The notes under the pieces: model-generated
Seen by the model: the letters and a program-made list of their open reading frames with translations, nothing else
Databases searched by the model: none
Told to the model about the DNA's origin: nothing
Assembly (NCBI GenBank): GCA_964550615.1
Contig: CAZKAB010000007.1
Span: forward strand, 7-64,006
Source: an uncultured Thermotogae bacterium
GTDB taxonomy: Bacteria > Bipolaricaulota > Bipolaricaulia > UBA7950 > UBA9294
Reading direction: 5' to 3'
DNA: 64,000 nt
Shown here: positions 30,739 through 40,188 of the stretch, piece by piece
How positions within the stretch are numbered: the first letter of the stretch is position 1
How the letters are laid out: each line of letters begins with the position of its first letter
Translations under genes and position numbers: made by a program

Positions 30739-31292
30739 CAGAAACGCACCCGGGGCGCCTCGCGCTGTTCCTCGCCTGGGAGCATGTAGAACTCGCGCTC
30801 CTTGAAGTGAAACATGTTGGCGATAATGCTCTGCGGGAAGATTCGGATGCGCGTGTTGAGATCTCGCACCACGGCGTTGTAGTACGTGCGCGATCGTTGC
30901 ACCGCGTCCTCGATCTGCTCCATCGTCTGCTGCAATTGCATGAAGTTCTCGTTCGCCTTCAGCTCTGGATAGTTTTCCACCACCGCGAACAGCGATTTGA
31001 GCGCCCCTTTCAGACCTTCCTCCGCACGCGCCTGTTCCTGAGGAGAGGAGGCATTGATCGCACTCGCCCGCGCCTGCGTAACCTTCTCAAACACACCTTT
31101 TTCGTGCGCCGCATACCCTTTTACCGTCTCCACCAAGTTCGGAATCAAGTCCCAGCGGCGCTTGAGCTGCGTGTCGATATCTCGCCACGATTCCTCACTC
31201 CTTACCTGAAGCCGCACCAAACGGTTGTAACTCAACACGGCCCAGCCGAGAATGACCACCGCCACGAATAGGATGATATAGCCTGCACCCAT
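30738..31292 (-). CDS. lemA: LemA family protein
   Basis: MGAGYIILFVAVVILGWAVLSYNRLV, QLKRRWDLIPNLVETVKGYAAHE and YPELKANENF motifs. Confidence 0.9.
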   Translation of the reverse strand: MGAGYIILFVAVVILGWAVLSYNRLVRLQVRSEESWRDIDTQLKRRWDLIPNLVETVKGYAAHEKGVFEKVTQARASAINASSPQEQARAEEGLKGALKSLFAVVENYPELKANENFMQLQQTMEQIEDAVQRSRTYYNAVVRDLNTRIRIFPQSIIANMFHFKEREFYMLPGEEQREAPRVRF

Positions 31293-31476
31293 ATTCCCTC
31301 CTTTCCTTCTTGTCAGATATTGTAGCCAAGCCAACCGGATCGACCAACTCGCCGCCGGCAGCTTCGAGCCTATCATGTGCGCGTGACGGCCTCGGAAGTG
31401 CCTGTTTCACTATTGAAAACCGGGGTTGATGTTAGTAAAGTCCGTCTGTCAGCCTTACCGATATCTGGAGGTGCCC

Positions 31477-32544
31477 ATGCACAAGCGACTGTTTACACCG
31501 GGGCCGACCGAAGTCCGGTCCGATATTCTGAAAGAGCTTTCCACCCCGCAAATTCACCATCGCTCGCCCGAGTTCGGCGAGCTGTACGCCGAGATTCAGC
31601 CGAAGCTGCAGCAACTTCTGTACACGAAGAATCCCGTCTTCATCTATACATCTTCTTCCACCGGGGCGATGGAGTCCGCAGTGACCAACCTGGTGGCGAA
31701 GCGCTGCTTGAATTTGGTTAACGGCGCGTTCTCCGAGCGCTGGCACGAGATCACAGTTGGGAATGGTGTCCCGTGCGACGCTTTTGCTACGGAGTGGAAC
31801 GTCGCGATCAAGCCGGAGATGGTAGACGAACAACTGAAGACCGGAAAATACGACGCGGTCACGCTCGTGCTGAACGAAACATCTACCGGGATGATGAACC
31901 CGATTCGCGAGATCGCCGAGGTCGTGAACTCATATCCCGATGTTTTCCTGCTCGTAGATGCAGTGAGCGGCATGGCGGGTGTGAAGATCGACACAGACGC
32001 GTGGAAGCTCGACTTCGTCCTCGCCGGCGTGCAGAAGGCGTTCGCTCTCCCCGCCGGTCTCGCCGTCGCCGCAGTCAGCGAGCGGGCACTGGCAAGAGCC
32101 GAGAACGTGCCGCCGCGAAGCTACTATTTCAACCTGATACAGATAAACAAGTACCACAAGAAGAACCAAACCCCTTCGACTCCCGCGATCCCGCACATGT
32201 TCGCGCTAAACGCCCAACTGAACGAGATGCTTTCAGAGGGCTTTGAGACCCGTTTCGCCCGCCACAATAGGATGGCCGGCATCGTCCAGTCGTGGGCGAA
32301 GAAGCACTTCGACATCTACCCGGAAGACGGTTACTGGTCGAAGACGCTGACCTGCGTCAAGAACACACACGGCGCCGATGTGCCAAAGCTGATCAAAACG
32401 CTCGCCGACGAATACAACCTGCGCATCTCCAACGGTTACGGCGCACTAAAGAATGAGACATTCCGCATCGCACACATGGGAGACACACAGGTCGACGAGA
32501 TCGAAGGCCTGCTGCGGGCGATCGAAACCGTTCTCGGCATCTAG
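31477..32544 (+). CDS. serC: Class V aminotransferase (phosphoserine / serine-pyruvate aminotransferase type)
   Basis: MHKRLFTPGPTEV start after a GGAGG SD. PLP lysine in GVQKAF. Operon partner of serA. Confidence 0.82.
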   Translation: MHKRLFTPGPTEVRSDILKELSTPQIHHRSPEFGELYAEIQPKLQQLLYTKNPVFIYTSSSTGAMESAVTNLVAKRCLNLVNGAFSERWHEITVGNGVPCDAFATEWNVAIKPEMVDEQLKTGKYDAVTLVLNETSTGMMNPIREIAEVVNSYPDVFLLVDAVSGMAGVKIDTDAWKLDFVLAGVQKAFALPAGLAVAAVSERALARAENVPPRSYYFNLIQINKYHKKNQTPSTPAIPHMFALNAQLNEMLSEGFETRFARHNRMAGIVQSWAKKHFDIYPEDGYWSKTLTCVKNTHGADVPKLIKTLADEYNLRISNGYGALKNETFRIAHMGDTQVDEIEGLLRAIETVLGI

Positions 32545-32553
32545 GAGGGAGAG

Positions 32554-33474
32554 ATGACATTCAAGGTATTGGCGTCCGATCCGCTCGCGGATAGCGCCGT
32601 TAGCGCAATGCGTGAGGCCGGGCTCGCGGTGGATGTGAAGACTGAACTCACGCCGGAACAGCTGAAACAGGAGATCGGCATCTACGATGCAATCGTCATC
32701 CGCAGCGCGACTAAGGTGCGTGCCGAGATCATCGACGCAGCGAGCCGCCTCAAGCTCGTCGTGCGGGCGGGCGTGGGACTGGACAATGTGGACGTTGACT
32801 ACGCAAAAAGCAAAGGGATCGCCGTTCGCAACACGCCGACGGCGAGTTCGAACTCGGTTGCCGAGTTGGCCCTTGGGCATCTCATCTCTCTTGCCCGGTA
32901 CATCTCTCGGGGAACGGTCTCTGTGAAGTCGGGAAGGTGGGAAAAGAAGGCAATGAAAGGGGTGGAGATAGCGGGAAAGACGCTCGGGATCGTGGGGATC
33001 GGTCGCATCGGTCAGTCGCTGGCCGACAAGGCTGCAGCCCTCGGCATGCGCGTCATCGCGTTCGACAAGTTTGTCTCAAAAAGCCCGCTCCCCAAGACTG
33101 TACAGATGGTTCCGTTTGAGGAAATCCTTTCTTCAAGCGATTTCATCTCTCTTCACATCCCGTTCGATCCCGCTGTTGGAGCCACAATCGGCGCCGACGA
33201 AATCGCGCTGATGAAGAACGGCGTGCGGATCGTCAACTGTGCCCGCGGCGGCGTGATCGATGAAGACGCCCTCGCCGCAGCGCTGGCATCGGGGAAGGTG
33301 GCGGGCGCCGCTCTCGACGTGTTCGACAACGAGCCACCATCATCCGAGCGGCCGCTATTCGCACAGGAGAACGTTTCGTTCACCCCGCACATCGGCGCAT
33401 CCACGGTGGAAGCACAGGCGCGTGTCGGCGCAGAGGCGGCAGCGACGGTCATCGAATTCGCCCGATCCCTGTAG
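32554..33474 (+). CDS. serA: D-3-phosphoglycerate dehydrogenase, short form without ACT domain
   Basis: GIVGIGRIGQ NAD-binding site. NCARGG...D..AL and TPHIGAST motifs. 306 aa. Confidence 0.85.
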   Translation: MTFKVLASDPLADSAVSAMREAGLAVDVKTELTPEQLKQEIGIYDAIVIRSATKVRAEIIDAASRLKLVVRAGVGLDNVDVDYAKSKGIAVRNTPTASSNSVAELALGHLISLARYISRGTVSVKSGRWEKKAMKGVEIAGKTLGIVGIGRIGQSLADKAAALGMRVIAFDKFVSKSPLPKTVQMVPFEEILSSSDFISLHIPFDPAVGATIGADEIALMKNGVRIVNCARGGVIDEDALAAALASGKVAGAALDVFDNEPPSSERPLFAQENVSFTPHIGASTVEAQARVGAEAAATVIEFARSL

Positions 33475-33481
33475 GAGGAAC

Positions 33482-34783
33482 ATGGCTCATATCATTCCGT
33501 TTTGCGGCATACGCTACAACCTCACCTCCGCCGGCAGCGCGGATGCTCTCGTCACACAACCGTACGATCGCATCGGCGAGATGGAACAGTCGACCTATTA
33601 TGCGCGAAGTCCCCATAACGTCGTTCGCATAATCAAAGGCAAGAAAGAGCCAACGGACAACGGCGAGAACGTCTACACTCGCGCTGCCGCTTCTTTCTCT
33701 GACTGGATCTCACACAAGATACTCGTTCGCGATTCTGTCCCTTCCCTGTACGTCTACCACCAGGAATACACGTTTGGCGAACAGAAACTAACGCGCAAAG
33801 GCGTGATCGCGCTCGGAAAGCTGGAGCCGGAAAAGGTTCACGCTCACGAAAAGACGCTTTCCGGCCCGAAACAGGACCGATTGCGTCTGATGCGCGCGAC
33901 AGAGGCGAACTTCGGACACATCTTCATGCTCTACTCCGACCCGGAACGACGCGCCGACCGGACGCTTGCCGAGGCAATTAGCGGCCTCTCTCCCGTCATC
34001 GAAGCACGCGACGACTTCGGAAACACCCACCGCGTATGGCAAGTCACCGACACGAACGTGATCTCCACCGTCCAAGAAGCGTTATCCGATCGGGATCTGT
34101 ACATCGCCGACGGGCATCACCGGTACGAGACCGCGGTCAACTTCATGCACGAGTGTCAGAATAATGGCTGGCGCACGGCGGCACCGGAATCGTTCGATGT
34201 ACGGATGATGACGTTGTTCAATATCGACGAGCCAGGAATGACGATCCGCCCAATCCATCGCCTTGTTCACGCCCTGATCGACTACGATCCCGATCATTTC
34301 CTTACGCTCGCCGTGGAAGACTTTGAGGTGATGCGTCACGAAACGCTTGCGGAAATGGAACAAGCAGTGACAAGCGGGATGGAGCGCCACACATTCGGCT
34401 GCTACACCGCCGGTGTATTCGCCTCGCTTACTCTTCGCGATGAACGGCTGATGGACCGACTGATCAGCGGGGATTGGTCGAGCGACTGGAAACATCTCGA
34501 TGTCTCCATTCTCCATACGGCGATCCTCGATCGGCTACTCGGAATCGACGCCGCCGCGCTGGAAGAACAGCGAAACATAACCTACTCGCACGACCCGCAG
34601 GACGCGGTGGCTAAAGTGGACGACGGTTCGGAGCAGATCTTCTTCCTGCTCAACCCAACTTCTCCCGCCGAAGTGCGGCAAGTGGCCGATCATGGCGAGA
34701 AGATGCCACAGAAATCGACCGATTTCTATCCCAAGCTGTTGACCGGACTCGTGATGTCAAAGATGGAGATCGACAAAGGCTGA
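33482..34783 (+). CDS. DUF1015 family protein
   Basis: MAHIIPFCGIRYN start after a GGAGGA SD. 433 aa. The ORF-track start at 33260 lies inside serA and is rejected. Confidence 0.75.
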   Translation: MAHIIPFCGIRYNLTSAGSADALVTQPYDRIGEMEQSTYYARSPHNVVRIIKGKKEPTDNGENVYTRAAASFSDWISHKILVRDSVPSLYVYHQEYTFGEQKLTRKGVIALGKLEPEKVHAHEKTLSGPKQDRLRLMRATEANFGHIFMLYSDPERRADRTLAEAISGLSPVIEARDDFGNTHRVWQVTDTNVISTVQEALSDRDLYIADGHHRYETAVNFMHECQNNGWRTAAPESFDVRMMTLFNIDEPGMTIRPIHRLVHALIDYDPDHFLTLAVEDFEVMRHETLAEMEQAVTSGMERHTFGCYTAGVFASLTLRDERLMDRLISGDWSSDWKHLDVSILHTAILDRLLGIDAAALEEQRNITYSHDPQDAVAKVDDGSEQIFFLLNPTSPAEVRQVADHGEKMPQKSTDFYPKLLTGLVMSKMEIDKG

Positions 34784-34813
34784 ACTGTAAGAGGAAGCGC
34801 GCTTGCTATCTCA

Positions 34814-35479
34814 TCACCCTTCCAGATGTTCTCCCAATCCGGGGATGTGCACCTTCTTCTCCAGCATCCGCAGCAACTGGGTAACCATGAACACCAGCGC
34901 CAAGTAGAAGAGAGCAACGACTATGTACACCTCGAAGTAGAGGAAATTGTGCGAGGCGATCCGCTTCGCCACGCCCATCAGATCGAGCAGGGTCACCGAG
35001 AAGACAATCGATGAGTACTTGAGCATGAGAATCAGCTCGTTCGACCAGGAAGGGATCACGATCCGAAATGCCTGCGGTAATACCACGTAACGCGCGGCCT
35101 GCACCATACTCATCCCCATTGAACGGGCGGCGAATAGCTGCCCGGTCTTCACGGCCTGAATTGCCCCGCGCAGGTATTCCGCTTGGTAAGCGGCCGTGTT
35201 CAGGCCGAGCGCAAGCACGCCGCTGGTAAACGCCGATAGCATGATTCCCCAGCTGGGCAGCCCGTAGTAGATCATGAGCAACTGCACGAGCAGCGGCGTG
35301 CCGCGGAAGATCTGAATGTAGATGCTGCAGGGGATGGAGATCCACTTTCCCCCGTACACACGCCCGAGCGCAAGCAGAATCCCAAGCACCACACCGATGG
35401 CGATGCACGTAACCGTGATCTCGATAGTGAGAATCAGCCCGTGCGCCAGCTGCGGCAGCCACGACCATTCGAAGATCAT
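34814..35479 (-). CDS. Amino-acid ABC transporter permease
   Basis: HisM/GlnP-type: FRGTPLLVQL, EAA-loop region YQAEYLRGAIQAV. Confidence 0.88.
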   Translation of the reverse strand: MIFEWSWLPQLAHGLILTIEITVTCIAIGVVLGILLALGRVYGGKWISIPCSIYIQIFRGTPLLVQLLMIYYGLPSWGIMLSAFTSGVLALGLNTAAYQAEYLRGAIQAVKTGQLFAARSMGMSMVQAARYVVLPQAFRIVIPSWSNELILMLKYSSIVFSVTLLDLMGVAKRIASHNFLYFEVYIVVALFYLALVFMVTQLLRMLEKKVHIPGLGEHLEG

Positions 35480-36228
35480 CAGCCCGTCTCCCCATAAAGC
35501 TCGTTTATCTTGTGGAGAAACTCTCCAGTACGCGGACTTTTCGGCGAGGAGAACAGCTGCTCGGGTGTTCCTTGCTCAACGATCACGCCGTGCTCCATAA
35601 AGATGATCTCGTCGGCGACAGAACGCGCGAATCCCATCTCATGCGTAACCACAAGCATCGTCATCCCGCTCTTAGCGAGGTCAATCATTACGGTGAGAAC
35701 CTCGCCGATCAATTCCGGATCGAGCGCGGATGTCGGTTCGTCGAACAGGATCAGCTTCGGCGACATCGCCAATGCTCGCGCGATCGAGACGCGCTGCTGC
35801 TGCCCGCCGGACAGCTGGGCCGGATAGCAGTCGGCCTTTTCGGCAAGCCCGACGCGATCCAGTTCCTCCATCGCCAGCTTGGTCGCGGCTTCCTTCTTCA
35901 TCCGCTTAACCTTTACCGGTCCGATGCGGACGTTGGATAGTGCCGTGAGGTGCGAGAAGAGGTTGAAGCTCTGAAATACAAATCCCATCTGCGCGCGAAG
36001 CTCATTGATCTTCGCCTTTGCCGCCGTCACTTCCACTTCATCGAGCCAGACGCGACCGGCATCAGGCGAGCTGAGGTGATTGATGCAGCGCAACAGCGTG
36101 CTCTTGCCTGTCCCCGAAGGGCCGATTACAACTTTCGTATCGCCTCTTTCCAGTGAGAACGATACCCCTTTGAGCACCTCTTCGGTTCCATACTTTTTGT
36201 GGATGTTTTCGACGATAAGCAGACTCAT
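35479..36228 (-). CDS. Amino-acid ABC transporter ATP-binding protein
   Basis: Start [14 protein letters not shown]. Walker [10 protein letters not shown], signature LSGGQQQRV, Walker [17 protein letters not shown] overlap with the upstream permease. Confidence 0.93.
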   Translation of the reverse strand: MSLLIVENIHKKYGTEEVLKGVSFSLERGDTKVVIGPSGTGKSTLLRCINHLSSPDAGRVWLDEVEVTAAKAKINELRAQMGFVFQSFNLFSHLTALSNVRIGPVKVKRMKKEAATKLAMEELDRVGLAEKADCYPAQLSGGQQQRVSIARALAMSPKLILFDEPTSALDPELIGEVLTVMIDLAKSGMTMLVVTHEMGFARSVADEIIFMEHGVIVEQGTPEQLFSSPKSPRTGEFLHKINELYGETG

Positions 36229-36878
36229 ATCTCGCGCGTCCCTCCTCCCACCATCTGCAGCCCCGGGATCCGCAGGCGCTTTTCCAGCCACCCCAGAGCA
36301 TGGTTCCCGGCGTAGGTAAGGACGAGGAATATGAGGGCGACCGTCAAGTAAGCGAGCATCGCCAAATCGTAGTGACGATCGGTGATGATGCGCACGCGGC
36401 GGAGGACCTCTGTAAGTCCCACGACATAGGCAAGGGTCGTGTCCTTGACCACCGAAGAGAACTCATTCGACCAGCCGGCAATCGATATCCGCAATGCCTG
36501 CGGAATGACGATGAGATAGATGGCGTTGATGCGGCTCATTCCCATCGATCGGGCAGCGAGAATCTGGCCATGAGGTATCGCCTGCAGCGCTCCCCGAAAG
36601 ATCTGTGACTGATATGCCGAGGAACGGAGTCCAAGGGCGAGAGTGGCGGCAACAAACGGGGGAATGTTCGCGCCGAACTCCGACGGACCAAAGTAGAACA
36701 GAAACAGCAGTACAATCGCCGGAATGCTGCGGAAGATCCACGCGTACGCAGATGCAAGCGTTCCGAAGAACCGGCCGCCGTACACCTGCAACAAAGCGAC
36801 GAGCGTCCCCACCATCAAGCCGACAATCAGAAGGGCGAATAGCAGCTCCAGGTTGATTAAGACTCCGCCCAGGAGCAT
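36225..36878 (-). CDS. Amino-acid ABC transporter permease
   Basis: [11 protein letters not shown], and [17 protein letters not shown] (EAA loop). Confidence 0.88.
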   Translation of the reverse strand: MLLGGVLINLELLFALLIVGLMVGTLVALLQVYGGRFFGTLASAYAWIFRSIPAIVLLFLFYFGPSEFGANIPPFVAATLALGLRSSAYQSQIFRGALQAIPHGQILAARSMGMSRINAIYLIVIPQALRISIAGWSNEFSSVVKDTTLAYVVGLTEVLRRVRIITDRHYDLAMLAYLTVALIFLVLTYAGNHALGWLEKRLRIPGLQMVGGGTREI

Positions 36879-36993
36879 GGGCAGGCTCTTCCCGATTACG
36901 ATGATCCCTTCGATCGCTACCTCCTTTCACGAAAGGACAGGGGCTCCGATACACCAGTGTAAAGGAAGCCCCTGTACATCGGTTTTCTAATCC

Positions 36994-37899
36994 TTACTTG
37001 CTGGCTTCTTCGGCAAACTTCGCCGCAAACGCAGTCACGTCCTTGTCCACAAGCAGGAGATCCTTGGACGCGAGCCATGCGGCCTCGATCTGCTCGTTGG
37101 TCGGGCCGAAGTACCCCTTCAACAGATTGTCCCAGACGCTTCCGGGAGTAACGACGAGCCTCTTTGCGCCTCCCGCCTCGGTGACGACTGACAGGCCCAG
37201 CGTTTTCATCGCGGCGTTGATCCGCGGGAGCAGGCCCTCTGGGTCGCCCTCAGCGACTAGGAATCCGAAGTACTCGTAGGTATTGATGATGCCGGCGATC
37301 GTCAATTCATCGGGATAGGCGGCGAGAGAGGCCTGCGAGGCCGGTTCGTCCTGGACAACCGCGTCGACACGACCGTTCACCAAGTCAAGAATGGCGGTAG
37401 GATAGTATTCATACCCCTTCACTTGAATCCCGATCCCGTTCTGATCGGCCCAATCGAACCCGGTAGTGCCGTTTTGGGCGCCGACCGCCTTGGTCGGCCC
37501 TTGGCCGGCAAGAGCGCTGACAATATTAAGCCCCGAATCCTTGCGAACTACGACTGCTTGGTTGGACAAATAGTACGGATCTGAGAAATCAATCGACTTC
37601 TCTCGCTCGGCGGTAATCGTGAACCCGGATGCACCTATATCGGCCTTGCCGCTCTTGACAGTCTGGATGATCGCATCGAACGCGATGTTCTGAATCTCGA
37701 TGTCAAACCCTGCAACGATTGATACCGCCCGCATCACATCAAGGTCGAACCCAAAGAACTGACCGTCCGCGGTGACCATCTCGAACGGTGCCCACGGAAT
37801 GTCCGATGCCACAATGTACTTATCCTTGGCTATCGCCAGGCCCGCCCCTAGGGTCAGTATCATGGTCAGTGCAACTACACCAACAAGCAACTTCTTCAT
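36994..37899 (-). CDS. Polar amino-acid ABC substrate-binding protein (SBP family 3) with a C-terminal extension
   Basis: Signal peptide. GFDLDVMRAV, and SGKADIGASGFTITAEREKSIDFSDPYY. Confidence 0.88.
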   Translation of the reverse strand: MKKLLVGVVALTMILTLGAGLAIAKDKYIVASDIPWAPFEMVTADGQFFGFDLDVMRAVSIVAGFDIEIQNIAFDAIIQTVKSGKADIGASGFTITAEREKSIDFSDPYYLSNQAVVVRKDSGLNIVSALAGQGPTKAVGAQNGTTGFDWADQNGIGIQVKGYEYYPTAILDLVNGRVDAVVQDEPASQASLAAYPDELTIAGIINTYEYFGFLVAEGDPEGLLPRINAAMKTLGLSVVTEAGGAKRLVVTPGSVWDNLLKGYFGPTNEQIEAAWLASKDLLLVDKDVTAFAAKFAEEASK

Positions 37900-38088
37900 G
37901 AATTAGCACCTCCTTAGTATGTCTCACAGTAGCACAATCTCTGCAGCGCGGTCAAGGAGTTTCAATGACAAGCGCTAGACTCGACACCTGTCCTTCCGAG
38001 GGCGGACAAACCCGCAACCATCCCTTCTCCTGTTTCCACATGTATGCTTCCGATTGCGAATACGATCTAGGAGCAATCTAAGGAGGTC

Positions 38089-39267
38089 ATGATGCCACGG
38101 AAGTGCGCCCTGTTAATAGTCGCGTTGATGCTGGCGTTGCTCATTCCCGGGGAGGTCGCCCTGGCGGACTGCGCAGGGTTCTCTGGTGATGTGGCACTGG
38201 ATGTAACGTTCACTCCAATCCCGCCGCTATCCTACAACATCGAGTCCGGTCTGACGTTGTCATTGAGCGTGTGTGATTTCACATTCACTTCGACAACGGT
38301 ATTCGACCTGAGCGGGTTTCAATCACAAGGGTTCTCGGCAGATATCGTTCTCGGCATCGTTGACATCGGTGATGACATATTGTTCGATCCATACTTCAGC
38401 TGGAACGACCTGTCCGTAGCTGTGCAGATCGTAGGAATCGAGATCGGCACACATCTAATCCTAGCCGATATCGGAACCCCTCCCGTTGCGGACTATAGTA
38501 TGGCCGCGGTCATCAGCCTCAGTAGCGGCGTCGCCTGCGGATTTTCCATCACTACCCTGACCGGCTTCGGTGCCGTCGACCTGGTCAATCTACTCGGTGG
38601 CGTAACGGCCCCCTTCTCGAACGACCTGTTGGGGCTATTCTTTCACACGCAAACACTGTTTGGCGCCACGCCAACGCAGAAAGTGACGGTGATCTCCGGG
38701 TTCTACTTTGCTGAAGAACTCGTGCGTCTCCAGATGGACTACATGGGGCTTCTCGCCAGCAGCAGCACGTGGTTCGATTGGACCGGCTTCTCTCAGGAAA
38801 TCGTCGAATTCGGCTATCGCTTTGACGAACCGGCGCTTGCTTTCCTGACTGCCATAACGATCGATAGCTCGTTCTCCATCAGCGCCATGGACTTCATTCT
38901 CGACCTCAGGATGTATCCGGTAAGGTTCACAAGCCGTACAAGCTTCTCCGCCTCCACTCCTCCAGCGATCATCCCCATCGTCTTCTCCGGCCAAGGATTC
39001 GCCATCTCATTCGAGCTGTGCGGAGTAGCCGTCACCTCGACAACGATGTTCGACGGCACTTTCATGTTCGCCGAACAGGACCTCGCTATCGAAACGACGA
39101 TAGATCCCGTTACCTTGACCAGCCTTACCACGTTCGATACAAGCGGGTTTTCAGGGCAATGGATCGAAGCGGGAGTCACGTTCGGGGGCGTAATGCTGTA
39201 TACGCGAGCCGGCTTCGACTTCGGCGGGATTATCGAAGTAACTGTAGGCTTTAGAATCAGATTCTGA
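38089..39267 (+). CDS. Hypothetical outer-membrane beta-barrel-like protein
   Basis: Signal peptide MMPRKCALLIVALMLALLIPGEVALA. S/T/F/D-rich alternating pattern. Internal repeats T(S)TT(V/M)FD..GF. The C-terminus VTVGFRIRF resembles the OMP beta-signal ending in Phe. Confidence 0.6.
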   Translation: MMPRKCALLIVALMLALLIPGEVALADCAGFSGDVALDVTFTPIPPLSYNIESGLTLSLSVCDFTFTSTTVFDLSGFQSQGFSADIVLGIVDIGDDILFDPYFSWNDLSVAVQIVGIEIGTHLILADIGTPPVADYSMAAVISLSSGVACGFSITTLTGFGAVDLVNLLGGVTAPFSNDLLGLFFHTQTLFGATPTQKVTVISGFYFAEELVRLQMDYMGLLASSSTWFDWTGFSQEIVEFGYRFDEPALAFLTAITIDSSFSISAMDFILDLRMYPVRFTSRTSFSASTPPAIIPIVFSGQGFAISFELCGVAVTSTTMFDGTFMFAEQDLAIETTIDPVTLTSLTTFDTSGFSGQWIEAGVTFGGVMLYTRAGFDFGGIIEVTVGFRIRF

Positions 39268-39271
39268 TCCG

Positions 39272-39940
39272 ATGCCGGAAGAAATGCGTCTTGACAATCT
39301 CAGCACCGATGACCTCCTTTCCTTGCTGGCGTCGCAGCCGGCCAAGGAGGATGAGATCCGTGAAGAGATATTGCAGCGAACGACATCCTTGATTGACGAA
39401 ACGATCTCGGAGGCGTTCCCCCGCAGCGGTTTCTCTCACGACGAACTCTTCCGTGCGGGATATCTCGGTCTCCTCAATGCAACGTACAACATCGAGTTTT
39501 CACACGAACAGCAGTTCTGTGAATATGCGAAGAACCTAATCAAAGGAGAGATCAGACAGCACATCCGTGAGCATGTGCAACGCGCCAAATTCCCGCATTG
39601 GCTGAAAGACCTGAATCGATACATCGAGAAGACCCAGGTGCGCCTCCTGCACGACCTCAAACGCCTTCCAACATTAAGTGAGCTGTCGGACGCGGTAAAT
39701 CTCACCGAAGAGGCCATTGCCGAGGTGCTCAAAGCGCGCGAGGCCCTGAATTATGTGTCACTGGATGAAGAGCAACGACAGAACGACCCCTTACCGATCG
39801 TCGATCAAGCGAGAATAAGAAACAAGCGTCCCGAAGCCTTCTCCATCCAGCACCGCATCCGCATAGCGGCCGCCCTGGAAAAACTGGGGGAACTGCAGCA
39901 ATACCTATTCAATAATCTATTCCCGACCTCAGATCAGTAG
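39272..39940 (+). CDS. Sigma-70-like protein (SigB/F-type regions 2-3 and 4.1) lacking the region 4.2 HTH
   Basis: Region 2 ELFRAGYLGLLNATYNIE...YAKNLIKGEIRQHIRE. Region 3 LPTLSELSDAVNLTEEAIAEVL. It ends after the 4.1-like AAALEKLGELQQYLFNNLF. It starts 4 nt after the preceding stop. Confidence 0.6.
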   Translation: MPEEMRLDNLSTDDLLSLLASQPAKEDEIREEILQRTTSLIDETISEAFPRSGFSHDELFRAGYLGLLNATYNIEFSHEQQFCEYAKNLIKGEIRQHIREHVQRAKFPHWLKDLNRYIEKTQVRLLHDLKRLPTLSELSDAVNLTEEAIAEVLKAREALNYVSLDEEQRQNDPLPIVDQARIRNKRPEAFSIQHRIRIAAALEKLGELQQYLFNNLFPTSDQ

Positions 39941-40065
39941 CCACAACCGGCCTCATGGCCGACGCAAGTTCACGCTGCAAGACCTTCCTCCGGGGCCAAG
40001 CGCCCGCCGTCACCACAACGCGCAATTCCTCTCGCAGTTCCGGTAAGAGACGGGAACGCGTTTTC

Positions 40066-40094
40066 TTGACAGAACGCGGCGGCTGGCCTATATT
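40066..40094 (+). promoter_or_regulatory. Near-consensus sigma-70 promoter for tRNA-Met
   Basis: TTGACA (40066-40071), 17-nt spacer, TATATT (40089-40094). This lies about 17 nt upstream of the tRNA 5' end. Confidence 0.65.
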
Positions 40095-40110
40095 CGCTGG
40101 TGAACATAGC

Positions 40111-40182
40111 GGGTCCATAGCTCAGCGGCAGAGCAACCGGCTCATAACCGGTCGGTCCCAGGTTCGAATCCTGGTGGGCCCA
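40111..40182 (+). tRNA. tRNA with CAU anticodon (elongator Met, or Ile2 if lysidine-modified)
   Basis: Acceptor gggtcca/tgggccc. Anticodon stem accgg/ccggt with loop ctcataa. T-arm ccagg-ttcgaat-cctgg. It lacks the initiator hallmarks (three G-C pairs in the anticodon stem). Confidence 0.88.
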
Positions 40183-40188
40183 CAGACC

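Noticed and set aside
33260-33481. 5' extension of the DUF1015 ORF
   Set aside because: It lies inside serA in another frame. ATG 33482 has a GGAGGA SD and the family-typical N-terminus.
34806-35495. 229-aa alternative minus-strand frame
   Set aside because: The overlapping frame 34814-35479 encodes a clear ABC permease. Likewise, 60437-60967(-) loses to the flavodoxin frame, and 36463-36954(-) loses to the permease frame.
39941-40065. Frameshifted remnant of sigma region 4.2 downstream of the sigma-like ORF
   Set aside because: I translated all three frames by eye and found no HTH-like segment.
39955-40188. 5' extension of the RNase H-like ORF
   Set aside because: It reads through the tRNA-Met promoter and the tRNA itself.
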